Source of the DNA: an uncultured Nitrososphaerales archaeon
Lineage (GTDB): Archaea; Thermoproteota; Nitrososphaeria; Nitrososphaerales; Nitrososphaeraceae
Reading direction: 5' to 3'
Length of the DNA: 64,000 nt
Assembly: GCA_963695855.1 (NCBI GenBank)
Contig: CAVOHZ010000010.1
Span: 1,440,001-1,504,000, forward strand
A model generated the notes under the pieces. The model ran no database searches and was not told where the DNA came from. It saw nothing but the letters and a program-made list of their open reading frames with translations. A program made the translations under genes and the position numbers. Below are positions 21,797 to 33,661 of the stretch, piece by piece; position 1 is the first letter of the stretch; every line of letters begins with the position of its first letter.

Positions 21797-23518
21797 TTAT
21801 TTTTTTTCCAAAGTAACTTCTACCGGCGTTGGATGTGAAATGATATCGAAGACTGGTGATCTCTTTTGTGCAAGCAGGTACTAGTTCTTGTAGTTTTTTT
21901 TCTGGAGCATCTGATTTGATTTTAAATGTAACCTTTATCTTTTCATAGCCGTTTCTTATATTTTCATCCAATCCAAGAAAGCCGTGTAGGTCGATGTCTC
22001 CAGAAAATGATGTTTCCACTTTATCTATCTTTATTCCCTGTGCTGCGGCATGATAAACAACACTTGTAGTCAAACATCCGTCAAGTGCTGCTAGTGCATA
22101 CTCTACAGGATTTGCGCCATGGTCTTCTCCTAACAATATTGGAGGCTCATCTTTTTCTAAAATAAATGATTGACTTCTTTTGAATGTTTGACATGCACCA
22201 TAATAATCGTTGATAATTGTTCTATTATACCAATTAAGATAAATATGCTTACTCACCTCCAACCAGGTAATTTCTCATATTCAGATTGAATCTTTTTGTT
22301 CTAAAATATGTAGATATTTTAATTATGAAATCTGTAAATGACCGATAGTATTGTAGGACAAGCAGATCGTTTTTGGCTATATTCCAGCATTCTTCCAGTA
22401 CCATAAATTCTGGAGATGCTGTTGGAAGATATACTGGAATCAGATCCTTTTTGTGTTTGTCAAAATATTGCAGTACCTTTTTTGATTTATAGTGTTGTTT
22501 TGCTTTATCCAGAAATATATAACATTTTGGAAATTTCCTGTGTATCTGTTTTAGATAATTAAGAAATGTATTTTCATCAAACCAGTCATATTGCCTGAAC
22601 AGTTGTTTTCCTTCTAAACTTGTGGCACCAAATAGAACTGACGCCTGATGAGATCCATTAATTCTCACTACTGGTCTTTCATCTTTTCTTATCCAGACTC
22701 TTCTTACAAGAGAGTCAAAGAAAAAGAATGATTCATCAGTAGATACTACTGTAAATCCTTCTTGGAGATTATCCAGTATCTTTCTTGCTCTTTTTTAAAA
22801 CCTTCTTTCTCTTCTTTTGGTGCAGTGTTTACATGTACTTTTCTAGGTACTTTCTGTTTGAATCCCCATCTGCGAAGTAAGGTGTAGATGTAAATATGAT
22901 GGTAGTGTATACCGCTATCTCTGACTATGATATCATAAACCTGTTTTGTAGTCCATCCCTGTTTGCTAGACGACAGTTTATTTTTTATCTTGTATACTGT
23001 CTCTTCTGGTATATCTGGTGGTCTACCACTTTTTGATCTGTTTTTTAATCCTTCTATACCTTCTTCCCTGTACCTCTTTAACCAATCAGAAGCCCATGTT
23101 CTGCTTCTGTGGAGATCTCTTGCAACCTGTGCAGGAATATGTTTGTCATATACTACGTTTAACACAAGCAACATTCTTTCCTTTACACCTGCATCAGATT
23201 CTCGTTTATACAGTTGCTCAAATCTTGTTCTAGAAAGATTGTTGCTCTCAATCAAATGATAAACTGTATGCTTCCTTTCTTAGCTAAATCTATTATTGTC
23301 TAAAGTGTATGACCATGATGTTAAATTAATGTCAGCATAATTATATTAATTGGTATACGTCCGCCATTTACCCATTTACCCTGTGCTTTGAAGTTGAATT
23401 TTGCAATTTCAGGTTTTTGTTTAATTACTCTAGCTGTCTCAAAGAGTTTGCTTACATTGACTCCGTTTACAATATTTTCTTTTTCTTCTATTTTATTTTC
23501 TTGATTTATCTTATTCAT
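21797..23518 (-). pseudogene. OsmC-family protein interrupted by IS630, plus a 3' frameshift
   Basis: N-part NGVNV...F.F.A...W.NGG; C-part DEP..LLG.D.GANPVE..L.AL..CL, GDIDL.GFLG; removing the IS and one TA restores NGGRNRT in frame. Confidence 0.9.
22228..23355 (-). mobile_element. IS630-family element, two-ORF transposase (22746..23255 and 22249..about 22790)
   Basis: 22-bp TIRs TACCAATTAA(G/T)ATAA(A/T)TATGCT; TA duplication at 22226-27 and 23356-57; HTH ORF plus DES/LD/PE..EE.W catalytic ORF; slippery TTTTAAAAAAG at the junction. Confidence 0.92.
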
Positions 23519-23524
23519 AATAAT

Positions 23525-23574
23525 GATAGCATGATATCATTATATAAATGTTTCAATATAGATATCATGATATC
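23525..23574. promoter_or_regulatory. Two palindromic operators GATA(G/T)CATGATATC flanking a TATATAAA box in the divergent osmC/regulator promoter
   Basis: 23525-23538 GATAGCATGATATC; 23561-23574 perfect palindrome GATATCATGATATC. Confidence 0.65.
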
Positions 23575-23618
23575 AAATTAACAAAATATATATAACTTAA
23601 AGATATTAAAAATAAAAC

Positions 23619-24323
23619 ATGACTCGTGATTTACTAATTAGAGGATTTGATGATCAAATCCATTCGCAATTGTCCGAATTAGCTAAAGAGAAGGGAGTAT
23701 CTATAAATTCAATTGTAAAGGATGCAGTTGACAAGTGGCTTAATCAGCAATCAGATATTCCAAAAAAACATTATCTTGTAATTTATTCCGACGATGATTC
23801 CATATTAGGGTTACTAAAGGCTATGGACAGACTTGCAAAAGAAAGTGATTTATTTAGATGTTTTTGTGGTCCACCCTCCACTAGTTCTACTACCCTCCTA
23901 TCGAGATTAAATTGGTACGATGGAACATTAATGCCATATTATTATGAAGGCGATGGAACACTCAAACAACAAAAGCATAAACCAGGTCAAAATAATAAAA
24001 GTATTATGAAATATTGTACTAAGGTTATGGAAAATATAGCAGGTCATACCAATAAGAAACAAATTTGTTGCATTGATTTTCTTATAAATGATATAGCAAA
24101 ATCTTCATTACAACAAGCCTTGACAATAGAAAAAGCTTATGATAATAGTAGAATTCCTGGACTTATGTATTGTACTTACAAGACTGCAACTCTGCTAAGC
24201 TCAGATATAAAAGATCTTGTAGAATTGTTTGAAGGACATGACCAAGTTTTTATAATAAAACAAGACGATGTCTACAAGCTTCATATCACAAAGGAAAATG
24301 TGCATAAGCTTTTCTTTAATTGA
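23619..24323 (+). CDS. Ribbon-helix-helix regulator with a C-terminal sensor-like (MEDS-like) domain
   Basis: DLLIRGFDD..HSQL..LAKEKGVSINSIVKDAVD.WL N-terminus. Confidence 0.7.
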   Translation: MTRDLLIRGFDDQIHSQLSELAKEKGVSINSIVKDAVDKWLNQQSDIPKKHYLVIYSDDDSILGLLKAMDRLAKESDLFRCFCGPPSTSSTTLLSRLNWYDGTLMPYYYEGDGTLKQQKHKPGQNNKSIMKYCTKVMENIAGHTNKKQICCIDFLINDIAKSSLQQALTIEKAYDNSRIPGLMYCTYKTATLLSSDIKDLVELFEGHDQVFIIKQDDVYKLHITKENVHKLFFN

Positions 24324-24418
24324 TACTGTACACTAAATCAAAAACTTAGCTACATCGATAATCTAGATTTTAAATAATACCTGTTTATATCCTCATTTAT
24401 TAATAGATATATCTAACA

Positions 24419-24485
24419 TTGGAAGCACCATTATCTAATCTTGTAATATTCTATCATTCTGAATTATTGACTATAAGAAGAATAG
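24419..24485 (+). repeat. 67-bp dispersed repeat, copy 1 (others at 39346-39412 minus and 53166-53232 plus)
   Basis: 61/67 identical to the 53166 copy by manual alignment, no indels. Confidence 0.85.
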
Positions 24486-24816
24486 AAAATATGTTAACAT
24501 ACAAAGTGAAATCGTACTGCAGCAAGTAACTAAAAATATTTATCCTAAATCTTCTTTCTTTTATTCATATTAATTGTTTGAACAACAAAGAAGAGAACAA
24601 CAATTCAAGCTAATTCAATTAACAAGGGAGACTTTTCTAAGGGTAAGCGAGCATAACAGATATTATAATCATGATGATGACAATACAATTTCTTTTGATG
24701 ATGTTATTTATTATTGTGAGACTAATAAATTTCTAAGAGAAAAATAAAGATAATTTCTGCGATTATTATATTCAAAATTCAATATCTTTAAAAGATAAGA
24801 TATTAAAAAATTAGTA

Positions 24817-25377
24817 ATGATAATAATCACTTTAAGTGGTGTCATTATTCTTTTTATCCTCAATTTTTCTGTAATTACTAATATTTATGCACAAAATAGT
24901 AATACAACACTAGAAAAAACTTTATATTTTCAAGTTGAAATTCCAGATGATTGGACATATGAAGTCTTTTCGGATAGTTATGCTACAGAACTTATGGGTT
25001 TTGGTCAGTCTAACTCAATAGGTGCAATGCCATCAGAACATTTTGGGTCAAACACAACTTATGCAGCAGCATCTTTTAAACAGGATGCTTATTATAGTAT
25101 CAAAAATGCACCTCTTGATGCGTATGTAAAATATATGATAGACGAACAAAATTTAATGAAAGTTATTTCAGAGAAAAATGTAACAGTGGCTAATGAAACC
25201 TCAAGACAGATATATGCAGAAGGAATTGGAGAGAAGGAAGGATTCAAGTTCTTACAATATTATGTAATTCATAATAAAGAACCATATCGTATAGGATACA
25301 CGGCTTCTGGAAATCTATATGATGAATATTTTCCAGACTTTGAAAAAATGTTAAAATCGTTCAAGTGGATCGATTGA
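24817..25377 (+). CDS. Secreted PsbP/Mog1-like protein
   Basis: Signal peptide; F.VEIP.DW; Y.I.Y......YD.Y...FEKMLKSFK. Confidence 0.7.
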   Translation: MIIITLSGVIILFILNFSVITNIYAQNSNTTLEKTLYFQVEIPDDWTYEVFSDSYATELMGFGQSNSIGAMPSEHFGSNTTYAAASFKQDAYYSIKNAPLDAYVKYMIDEQNLMKVISEKNVTVANETSRQIYAEGIGEKEGFKFLQYYVIHNKEPYRIGYTASGNLYDEYFPDFEKMLKSFKWID

Positions 25378-25783
25378 TTCATAATTAGTTGTTATAAGTC
25401 ATGTTTGATAAATAATAAGGTAAAATAAATAAAAATGAGTTCTAGCAATACCAATAACATTTAAAGTCCTATTAATAGTCTAATAAATATACTAGTAAAA
25501 TGGATGTAAATGAGAAAATCGAAATAAATAAGAAAATTTTTTTATCTCTGATTAAAGGCAGTGATATAGAAAAACAGATCAAAGTTACTATAGAACATGA
25601 CATAGAAGAAGATAATAAGAATAAACAGAAATGACCAGAAAATCAGACGAAGATGAAGAGTTCAGAGGGGAATGAATCTACTAAACCAAGCGAGGCCGAC
25701 TTAGAGCAATGGCACATATAACAAAAAATTATCTTCAAATCAAAGGAATTGAAAGTAATCCCAAAAATGTGGATGGTGGAATG

Positions 25784-26516
25784 GGCTGTGTTAATTTAAG
25801 TTAATATTCACATCCTTTAACCAAAAATAATCCTTATTATTTGCTATAGAATCATTATACATCAAAACAAAGAATTGTATCCAGTTATGTACATGAAATA
25901 GATTACATTCCTCTTTTTGCCTACAAGGATAGTAGTCATCAAAAGATCCGATTCTGTCTTTCAAATACTGATTGACTCTTTCCATCAAACTTTTCTGAAA
26001 TGGTGAGTGCAGATAGTGTTTTAATCCAATTATGTTACATGCTTCATCCTTCCATGTACCTCCATTATCTGTATACACGGCATGTTTTCCATATTTGTCA
26101 ACCAAGGATCTAATGAACTTTTCAGCAACTATCATGTTTCTCTCCTCTGAGAGATAGATTCCAAGCACAGAACTGTGGACTGGTTCAATACAAAACCATA
26201 ACCAGAAGTGCTGGTTAGCAATCTAAATAATAGTTTCATCTATAATAATAGAAGCAATTACTCTTTTTCTTTTATAGATCTGACAGGATCCAAATCTCTG
26301 AATCCAATTCCAAACAGAAACATAGCTTCTCTTCTCGTCTCTAAATATAGTTAATGCCTTAGAAGTATTTCTTAAACTTAAACCAAGAAAATACAGATAA
26401 AGAGAATACATTACAATAGAAGAAGGTGTTGGTGTTTTATTTCTTTCAAATTTAATTTTCATGTTATATTTAGAACATTCTCAGCTATAGCTTTTGCTGC
26501 TTATCTAAACAGAGCC
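25784..26516 (-). mobile_element. IS6-family element, second copy; transposase with in-frame TAG (CAG in copy 1)
   Basis: Same TIRs as 3848-4576; near-identical sequence in reverse orientation. Confidence 0.88.
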
Positions 26517-26599
26517 AAATTATTTATTATAGTTCCTCATAATATTTATATAATAATCCACAAAAAAAAATAAAAGTATATTAAAATATATATTAACAA

Positions 26600-26776
26600 A
26601 TGTCCTCGATTGATAACAAGGGGGAAAATGAATTTAATTATGACGAATCAAACATGGTTGGGAAATCTGAAAATTCGGAAGAGGAAGAAGATGATGAGAT
26701 ATCAGATAGAATAAAAAAAGAAATCATGAAAGATAAAGATGTTATAACTCAACAGAAAAAAAAAGATAGCAAATAA
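26600..26776 (+). CDS. Small acidic hypothetical protein (58 aa)
   Basis: ATG..TAA read by hand, preceded by a TATA-like AT run. Confidence 0.45.
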   Translation: MSSIDNKGENEFNYDESNMVGKSENSEEEEDDEISDRIKKEIMKDKDVITQQKKKDSK

Positions 26777-27659
26777 TTTTATCACTAATTTACCATTGTT
26801 ATTCTATTGTCTTAATAGTTAACTTGAATTCCTTGTCAATATTAATTCCCAAATTTTTTTCATGATATTTCTATTTTGATTATTCAAATTACATTAGATG
26901 TTAATTCTAAAGGAAAAATAGAAATTTGGTTTAACAATTAATATGTTATTTTTTATGTCATTTATATTCTTCTGTACTAAAATCTATGTCACAGGCCTCA
27001 CATTGATATGCTTTTTCTAAATTGGATGGCATGTGATATAATAGTCAACATGTGATTTAACAATTATTACTGTGATAGTCAATTTAAGTCATATTAATTA
27101 GATTTTATTTATTCATTATTAACCCAAAAGAATTACATTTGTGCAATTTATGTTGTATTAAAATATTTAAATCATTTCAGAATAAAATATTATTACAGGT
27201 TAGTTTAACTTTAATATTGAAAGTCAGAAGTTATCTCAATTGTGGCATGACATATTACAAATAATAATTAAGATGGCTGTTCTACCATCACTTGATAAAT
27301 ATTGATTTATTATACCAATTAGCCTATATTTCTAATGAGATTTTATTATTATCATCTATCAAGAGTAAAAGCTATCTGTCATTATGTTTATTTCACCTAA
27401 TATCATTACCGTGCTATCTAGGAGTTCTAATACTGGCTAACTTAATTGCGTGTATTCTGTAATATTGGAAAATATCAATTTCAAGTGTAATAAACATTTT
27501 TTATCCAAAGAATTTGTAAATGAATTTTTGTTAGCCAGTATATTATATTTACACTTGATACATTTCATTGAGAAATTAGAATAATATCATTTGCCAACCT
27601 ATTTATCATATTATTATATTCCTTTTATACAGCAATAATTCAAAAAAAATAACTCTTAA

Positions 27660-28562
27660 TTATAGGTATTTATTCAAAAAATCTAGTGTTTTTTGCCATG
27701 CATCTACTGTTTCCTTGGGTGCATAATTTTCATTCGATGGATTTGCAAAAGCATGTCCAACATCTTTGTAGATATAAATTTCGTTTACAATTTTGTTAGC
27801 ATCTAATGCATTTTTGAATTGATTTACCTGTTCACCAGGAATAGAAGTATCCTTATCACCGAATATTCCCAAGACTGGCCAATGGATCTTTGATAGTGAT
27901 TGTTTATCCGTTATCAAATTACCATAATAAATAATGGTTGCATTTAATGGATGTTGTTGACTGTTTAATGCTAATTGTAAGGACTGACCACCTCCAAAAC
28001 ACCAACCGAGAGATGCAATTCTTGATTTGTCTACGTTTTCGAGTGAGCTAAGAAACCCAACTGCTGCTTTAAGATTAGTAATTGCTTCTTCTGGATTTGC
28101 TCTCACGATACCGGATAATTCTCTCGCGCGATCTGGATCATTTGTTACCTTTCCATTATATAGATCTACGGCAAGTACTGCATATCCTTCTTTAGATAGT
28201 TTATTTGCTGTTTTTTTAATATTATCATTTAATCCCCACCATTCATGAATCATTATTACAGCCGGGAATTTATGTACATTGTTTGTCGCATTTAAAACTG
28301 AGGGATATACTAAATAGCCTATAGCATCATTATAGTAATTTGTTGTCTTATTTTGTAATAATATTTTGTATGGTAATTCATTGGAATTTTGATCTGATAT
28401 GGGTTTATCAATTTGACCATACAGTATATTTAAATTAATTAAGCCGATAGAAATAAAAATTCCTAAAATCGAAAATAAAATTTGACATAATAAATTTATT
28501 CTCATAATGTTTAATATCAATTTCTTAAAGTTAAACTTTTCTAAAAATTTTTCATTTTCCAT
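27660..28562 (-). CDS. Dienelactone hydrolase family protein
   Basis: IHEWWGL, GWCFGG, GHAFAN. Confidence 0.92.
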   Translation of the reverse strand: MENEKFLEKFNFKKLILNIMRINLLCQILFSILGIFISIGLINLNILYGQIDKPISDQNSNELPYKILLQNKTTNYYNDAIGYLVYPSVLNATNNVHKFPAVIMIHEWWGLNDNIKKTANKLSKEGYAVLAVDLYNGKVTNDPDRARELSGIVRANPEEAITNLKAAVGFLSSLENVDKSRIASLGWCFGGGQSLQLALNSQQHPLNATIIYYGNLITDKQSLSKIHWPVLGIFGDKDTSIPGEQVNQFKNALDANKIVNEIYIYKDVGHAFANPSNENYAPKETVDAWQKTLDFLNKYL

Positions 28563-28999
28563 CCTAACTTGGATCCCTTTATCGGGGCGTAGACTTTAAT
28601 GTATTCTTGTTTGGGTAGATTATTTTTTGTAAATATGATAAAGCTTTGTTTATTGGCAGTTGTACTCAACTTTATATTAATTTTTTAATTTTATTTGTAA
28701 ATTGCTTTTTATTATCGGAAGAAGTTCTCTAATTTAGAGGAAATTATTAAAAGAAATCCCAAAATTTATCCGAACAGATTCTTTTCAGGACTATAATAAT
28801 AAACGTTTTAAATATATATTTTTAATCTAATTTGTAGACTGTTAACTTGAACATAAACTAGTAAAACAGTACTGATTTTTGAAAGTTTTTTAAATGCATT
28901 ACAGAATTCTTCTTCATATAATCATCGATTTATATGAGATTTGTACCCTGATCTACTATTTTGGATCAGTTTCCATATTTCCTTTATTTTATAGTCTTA

Positions 29000-29422
29000 T
29001 TATGAATTAGCTCTATTCTGCTTAAAAACTCCTCGAGATAATGATGCAACATCAATAAATCCTAAATTATATCTTTTATTGCTACCAACTACATGGAACT
29101 TGTATTGTTTCTTATAAATATCCTCGTAAAATTCTGAATAATGTTTAGCAGCATCGTATGTTAGAAATCGTGTTCTTATTCCTTCCAGAATTATATCATT
29201 TCCATTAATATCTATAATTTTTATCACATAAAACTTCGGTAATTTCTTGACATTTCTTATTGTAATGTATACAACTACAAGAAAAAATATAACTACACCC
29301 ATCAAAACTAACATATTCCCAAATGCCTTACTAAAGTTCAAAACACTATCTACTATATTGTGATCTAACCAAGTGTAAAGTATACTGAAAACTCTAACAA
29401 TTATGAATATATCAAAAAACAT
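29000..29422 (-). CDS. Hypothetical membrane protein
   Basis: One TM segment followed by a soluble domain. Confidence 0.55.
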   Translation of the reverse strand: MFFDIFIIVRVFSILYTWLDHNIVDSVLNFSKAFGNMLVLMGVVIFFLVVVYITIRNVKKLPKFYVIKIIDINGNDIILEGIRTRFLTYDAAKHYSEFYEDIYKKQYKFHVVGSNKRYNLGFIDVASLSRGVFKQNRANS

Positions 29423-30178
29423 ATATTTTTACTCTCCCAAATTTTCTAATATTATTCATATCTAATTGTATATGTTCGGACATTAATAAAAGTTCTATGT
29501 ATAATTATTATTTATTAAATAGGTAAAATACGTATAGATTCCAGTTTTCCGTTTAATTTAAAGTTATTATATCATCAAATTAGTTGAAGAAAAAATTACC
29601 TGTAAACAGTAACTGATTTAAGCTATTGAAAAAACCATAAGGATCTGGATTGAATTAACAATAATAAAATCGCCTTGAGAAAGATTGAAAAATATATTAA
29701 ATTAAGATAAATGATTTTACTTTATTTATCAACAATGACTTGTTCTCTCAGAAAATACGACATAGTGTTAATATAATTTTGTTGCATGTAAATATCCAAC
29801 ATTATCTTGTGATAAAGATTTTAGATTAGTACCGTGGGCCATTGAATACTGAGTTTGTATCCAATTCCAAAATAACTAGCTATATTAAAGTTGACTGTCT
29901 GACGACAAAATGATCTTGACAATAAAGGTATTTTATAAATATTTTAAGGATTGTGTTTATGAACTTCATTCAAATGAATCTAACAAAAACATATGACTAA
30001 GAGATGAACCAATAGAGTGTTTTGGTAATATATTAAATTTCTAAATTTATATAACAAATTATGTCAACAACAATCCGGTTATCAGACCTCATCAGTATGA
30101 AATGTTTGTAAGCAAAGGAACAGAATCAATATTTTTGATAGGGTAAAAACAAGAAAGATTAAAATCTTTTATTTTATT

Positions 30179-30754
30179 TTGAGGTTGTATTATATGAAAT
30201 TGCCATGGAACGATCCATATTCAAACAAATTTGCAACGACTATTGGCTTGATAACATCAAATGGTCGTTATGGTAATGATATAATGGCTTGTGAATGGAC
30301 ACATCACATTTCGTATGATCCGGGTCTAATAGCAATCTCTTTAGGTCCCACGAAAGCCACAGTTAAAAATATTAAGATATCTAAAGAGTTTGGTGTGAAC
30401 CTATGTGCACAAGATCAATCCATGATAGATAGTGTGGCAGGTGGATATAGTAGAATTAATTACAATAAGATTGAAGCTTTAAAAGAATTAGGATTTGAAT
30501 TCTACCAAGCAAAAAAAATCAAATCTTTAATGTTAGATAGAGCTTCATTGAATGTTGAATGTAAGCTTTTAAGAGAAATAAAATTTGGAGATCATATAAT
30601 GTTTATTGGTGAAGCAGTATATGCCGTACAGAATCCAGAAAAATAATCATTGATTTATCATGATACAAAATATTGGTCATTACAACTCTTGGTAAAACCT
30701 AGCCATGAGGAATGCGAAAGAATAAGAAATGTTCTAGAAAGGTATAGAAAATGA
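30179..30754 (+). pseudogene. Flavin reductase-like (DIM6/NTAB) protein, in-frame TAA at 30644-46
   Basis: LITS.G....MACEW, EFGVN, ECK, GDH.MFIGE; frame continues SLIYH..KYW to TGA at 30754. Confidence 0.75.
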
Positions 30755-30977
30755 TTATTATGCTATTCATTACATTAAAATGAATTCAAGATGCCGTATT
30801 GCGCTTAAAAGCAAATGATTTAATATCTAAAAACAAATTCGAGATTTATTATAGACTTTATGTATTGAAAGAGATATCGCTTAATAAAATAAAATAAAAT
30901 AAAAATTAAATTATTTCAATAAAAAAATTTAACATCATACATACAAACATAAATAGATTCTAAAACAAGATAAATTA

Positions 30978-31556
30978 ATGAGATTTCAAAATTCTAAAGA
31001 TATATCAGTTACTCGAAATGGTATTATGTTAATATTAACAATTATGATTATATCATTGATATTTTCAAGCAATGTATCTCTATCACAGACCGACAATAGA
31101 CAGTCTAATGACAATATCATGGAGTCATCAAAAAATAATTCTGTTCAATTCGGGGAACCAATATTTGTGGAAAAATATTCGATTTTATATAAAAGACCTA
31201 TTGTTATGCATGGAGAGAATGCAACTCAATTCGTTTTTTCAGGTAATGGAACTGTTAATAAAATAAATGTCAATCTTTTTGGGGAGGGAGTTTCGATTCC
31301 TCAATCACAAATGATACAATCGATTATTGGAAGAGCTTTTATTTCAACAGAAACAGAAGAGGGTGGACATGCATCATACTTTTTTCAAGCAGTAGGACAT
31401 TCTGAAGAAGAGTTACAAAAAAGTAAAGGAGCTGTATTCTTTAGTTCAAATGCAACAGGAACTCTTTCTCTTCTTAGTAATATGGTAGGTATTTACAAGA
31501 CAGAGTTAAACAAAAATAATGATCTAGGTACGTTTGTTATGTGGGAATGGAAGTGA
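30978..31556 (+). CDS. Secreted hypothetical protein
   Basis: Signal peptide; beta-rich; ends WEWK. Confidence 0.75.
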   Translation: MRFQNSKDISVTRNGIMLILTIMIISLIFSSNVSLSQTDNRQSNDNIMESSKNNSVQFGEPIFVEKYSILYKRPIVMHGENATQFVFSGNGTVNKINVNLFGEGVSIPQSQMIQSIIGRAFISTETEEGGHASYFFQAVGHSEEELQKSKGAVFFSSNATGTLSLLSNMVGIYKTELNKNNDLGTFVMWEWK

Positions 31557-32677
31557 GCTACAGATTTTAAACAATGAGGTAAGTCCTTATTTATGGGTTG
31601 TATTTTATAAAAGTCTTATTATAGTAAGGTAAATTCGGGTTTCTATATATGAAATTATATTTCTTATCTAGCATTGTATCTGGCGATACTGGCGATAAGA
31701 GGTTCAATCCAATGAAAGATTGACAAATCTCACTTCATATTCTTTTTCTTGTTGATGTATGGAATAATGATTATCAAAGGTCGATATCTATCTTTAAAAT
31801 ATATTATTACTATTTCAATCAAACTTTTTTTAATACGTAATGTAATATAATTTCAGGTATAGAAAATCACATGGATGTAGATAATAGATAACATAAACAG
31901 AGTAACTACAAATATATCTGAAATTTTGATATTAGTAATAGTTTATGAGCTTATTATGAAAAGATATAACGAATAATAATGATCTCCAATCTGAATCATG
32001 GTTTCCTTTATGATGAATATGACAGTTATCGTTCCTGTTTTGCTATAAATTTGATATTAACAATATCAATATAACAAATTTTATAGAGAAAAGTAACTTC
32101 ATTTATAGTTCCTGAATGAACGTATATAATGCCCTGAATTAATCAGTAAAATTAAAAATCTAGAAATACATAAAAGATATGACTTTAAATGTACTATCTG
32201 TTACTAGCAAATTTGACTAGCAGAAGTTGAAATATGATATTGTCAGCTAGTATTATTTCATTAAACTGCTCGGTTATCCTGTCAGAATTATTATCTAGCA
32301 TAATCCATTTAGAACATTAAATCAATATCGCTAGAGAACTATTTTAACCACGTTTTATTTATAGAAAATTTGTTCTCTGCATAATTCTCTTTGTAGAACT
32401 AATTATCTACTCCATAACAAAATATCCTTAGATCAATATAGGTCTAAATATTTTCTATTATAAATAAAAATAAACCGGTTTATCATAATTACACTTACCG
32501 ACTTCGTAATTGGTGACTCGCATACCATTCCGGAACGAAGAAAGTGCACATTTGTCAACCACTTTCTACTCCGGGATTATTGAAAATTCTGATTTTACAT
32601 TTCAGTATATCGCTAGAGTAAAAGATTAATTAATTCAAGAAAAAAAGAAAAAAAGTAGGTAGGTTTAGACTTATAGC

Positions 32678-33533
32678 CTCAAACATATATGTTGTCAATT
32701 ATGCTGTGCTTAGCAATTTTTATGTCTATTCCTGTTCTTTCATCCTTTACATAAAACTGCACAGATTGATTATTATTTGAACATTCAAGTAATTTATTTC
32801 AGTTTACTCCTAGTCCATGTTTATACAGTCTATCAACATTTTCGGGAGAAAAATGCATTTCATAAACTTCGTTACTGCCTATTGGTCCTTTACTTTCTTC
32901 GATAAATGTATCGGTTTTTTCATCATATCTTCTTTGATGTGCAAATTCTGTTTTGGCCCATACTTCCGGTTTGGATATACTTCTACTTATGGGAGAACCC
33001 AATGAATCAGATCCCTGTAATTGACTCGTCGAATAAGGATATTGGTTACCCTCACCTCGTTTTATTCTAATAATGTTGGTTATTACATACCTGGCATAAT
33101 CACTTTTTGTATTTTTTGCTTTTAGTGTATTAATAAAATTTTTATAAAGAAATTCATCTTCTTGCGTTAATGGTCCTTCTTGTTCTTGTTTGAATTGTTA
33201 TTGTTTGAATTGTTATTGTTTGAATTGTTATTGTTTGAATTGTTATTGTTTGAATTGTTATTGTTTGAATTGTTATTGTTTGAATTGTTATTGTTTGAAT
33301 TGTTATTGTTTGAATTGTTATTGTTTGAATTGTTATTGTTTGAATTGTTATTGTTTGAATTGTTATTGTTTGAATTGTTATTGTTTGAATTGTTATTGTT
33401 TGAATTGTTATTGTTTGAATTGTTATTGTTTGAATTGTTATTGTTTGAATTGTTATTGTTTGAATTGTTATTGTTTGAATTGTTATTGTTTGAATTGTTA
33501 TTGTTCTTGTTTTGTTACTACGGATCCAAGCAT
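32678..33533 (-). pseudogene. Relic homolog of element gene 53468..54148, with a stop-containing repeat expansion and a second stop at 32799
   Basis: Frame reads ITNIIRIK...G.D.LG...EVYEMHFS...VD.L...VQFYVK versus ITRIVRIR...GKDWQG...EVYYVPFS..AVDDI...IKFLVK. Confidence 0.6.
33186..33500. repeat. Perfect tandem array (TTGTTTGAATTGTTA)x21
   Basis: Direct count of 15-bp units; no spacers. Confidence 0.97.
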
Positions 33534-33661
33534 AACAAGATAAAACAAACTACATAAAGTATATTTTGATAATATATCTTGTCAATTTTTCATTAAATTG
33601 ACAACAGTGAATAATTTATGAATATACATAAACATGACGATAAGATAGTCAATTTTGGATA

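Noticed and set aside
26950-27032. Tiny CxxC ORF MPSNLEKAYQCEACDIDF
   Set aside because: Possibly a C2H2 finger remnant, but too short and interrupted to call
27309-27325. TATACCAATTA matching the IS630 terminus
   Set aside because: An 11-bp AT-rich match with no partner end or transposase remnant
30644-30646. In-frame stops (here, 26223, 35601, 17434) as recoding or an alternative genetic code
   Set aside because: All three stop types occur, alongside frameshifts, and each is one substitution from a sense codon; this is ordinary decay
32490-32580. Minus-strand DKCALSSFRNGMRV resembling an integrase box I
   Set aside because: Too short, spacing is off, and no other integrase motifs are nearby
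33180-33557. ORFs (LFELL)n and (NCYCL)n; possible CRISPR array
   Set aside because: These are shadow frames of a perfect 15-bp tandem repeat; there are no spacers and no cas genes in the window
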